64,000 nt of DNA from positions 87,048,001 to 87,112,000 of the forward strand of contig CM075979.1 in assembly GCA_038087875.1 (NCBI GenBank). Reading direction: 5' to 3'. The notes under the pieces were generated by a model, which made no database searches, had not been told where the DNA came from, and worked only from the letters and a program-made list of their open reading frames with translations. Position numbers and translations under genes: made by a program. The DNA is from Malacoraja senta (taxonomy: Eukaryota). Of the stretch, positions 62,876-64,000 are shown piece by piece (positions within the stretch are counted from its first letter, which is position 1; every line of letters starts with the position of its first letter).

Positions 62876-62920
62876 ATCATCTTCACAGCTGATGGGGCAT
62901 CTTCCTTCAATATCGCTGCA
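62876..62920 (-). CDS. CACNA2D4: CACNA2D4 coding exon, 45 nt, CSDIEGRCPISCEDD
   Basis: tcattttcag acceptor, GTGAGT donor, phase 0/0. Confidence 0.9.
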
Positions 62921-64000
62921 CTGAAAATGAGATGTGAAAATATAAATGTCCAGCATAAATGAGTCCAAATGTTGTTCTAATTTAACAAATCATTTGTTCT
63001 TTTATTAAAACATTAAAAAAATCTTTTCCAAATCTATAACTGGACCAACATTGTTTCATTGTAAGAAAAATGAGGCATGACCTTTCTTTTTAAAAATCGA
63101 TAAACAAGATCATTTTTCACCAGCCTTTATCAACCGTGACCAATGTTTACATATGGTTACGAGACTTGCTGTCTCTAAATTATGCTATTTATGTATGGTA
63201 GTTGTTATCTGTCCTATTGTGTAGAAATTCAGCCTATTCTGGCTAAAGTAATCAAGGGGGTAGTGTGGTGGCTTGGTTGTATCCACGTGTGTACGCTTGA
63301 AGCCAAATGTCTATTGCACGTGTTTATCAGGCCAAATTATACCCTTTTGTGCTAAAATATGCTTTCTAGCTGTAATAGTGGAATTATGTATTATATTTCC
63401 ATGTTTTCCTTTGAATTTGTGACTATTATTTTAGAATTGCTGGTCATCATATCTTTGGTGAATAATTGTGTTGCAAAAATCTGTTATCTTAAAAATCCCA
63501 ATTGATAAAGTGGGAAAAAGTTACTGAAAAAGACTGTATTTTGACAAATACAGTCCGAGCATTAAGTAGCTTTATGAAAAATAAATTCTAGTTAACAACA
63601 CAAATAGAATTGTTGTAAACATAAATGCATTTGTTCACATTTAATATTAACTTTTTAGCTTATTTTAATGTTAAAATAAGTAATTATTCTCTATCCGAAG
63701 TATTCTGCAGCAGCTTGTATGAAATAATCTGTCTTGTAATGCTGCTTTGTCATTAGATAGAAGGGAGAAAATTTAGATGAATTTGAAATGATAATGAAAT
63801 ATATGTAATATCTCAGTCAGCTGGGATCATGTCACCTTGCAGTTCTCTTGGATGGAACTTGTTTTTACTTTGGCTTCGTTGACATTAACCATCAGTACCA
63901 GATAAAAACAAAACAATTGCTGTCTCAGGCTGCAGCTCTGTTTTCCCTGATACACATTTATTCCACCAAAGATAGACACACAATGTTGGATCAACTCAAC

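Larger units (their letters stand above)
8727..62920 (-). other. CACNA2D4: 3' portion (last 11 coding exons) of a voltage-gated calcium channel alpha2delta-4 subunit gene; 5' part lies beyond the window's right edge
   Basis: 11 exons with phase-consistent splice junctions give a 263-aa C-terminus. Motifs recalled for alpha2delta-4 ([58 protein letters not shown]) fit CACNA2D4 better than CACNA2D3. Orthology is from remembered sequences, not a search. Confidence 0.9.

Overview
Eukaryotic, repeat-rich vertebrate DNA. The repeat set (HE1-like SINEs, CR1/HER1-like LINEs, Penelope-derived short elements) points to a cartilaginous fish, probably a skate or ray (inference). The only gene I can support is the 3' part of a voltage-gated calcium channel alpha2delta subunit gene, best matching CACNA2D4, on the minus strand. 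I reconstructed 11 coding exons by hand between 62920 and 8727 (792 nt, 263 aa + stop, all phases consistent): [263 protein letters not shown]. Nearly all ORFs in the supplied track are transposon remnants or noise. Main highlights: (1) many ~130-bp mobile elements with target-site duplications, each starting with a minimal hammerhead-ribozyme-like motif, some in inverted or tandem arrays, alongside Penelope RT and GIY-YIG remnants; (2) a U12 minor-spliceosome intron with non-canonical AT-AA ends; (3) a 21-nt microexon at the predicted alpha2/delta cleavage site, preceded by a TCATGTG/YCAY cluster; (4) seven PIF/Harbinger-type MITEs sharing termini but with different interiors; (5) a stop-free, in-frame 111-nt intron; (6) a multi-level nest of retroelements.
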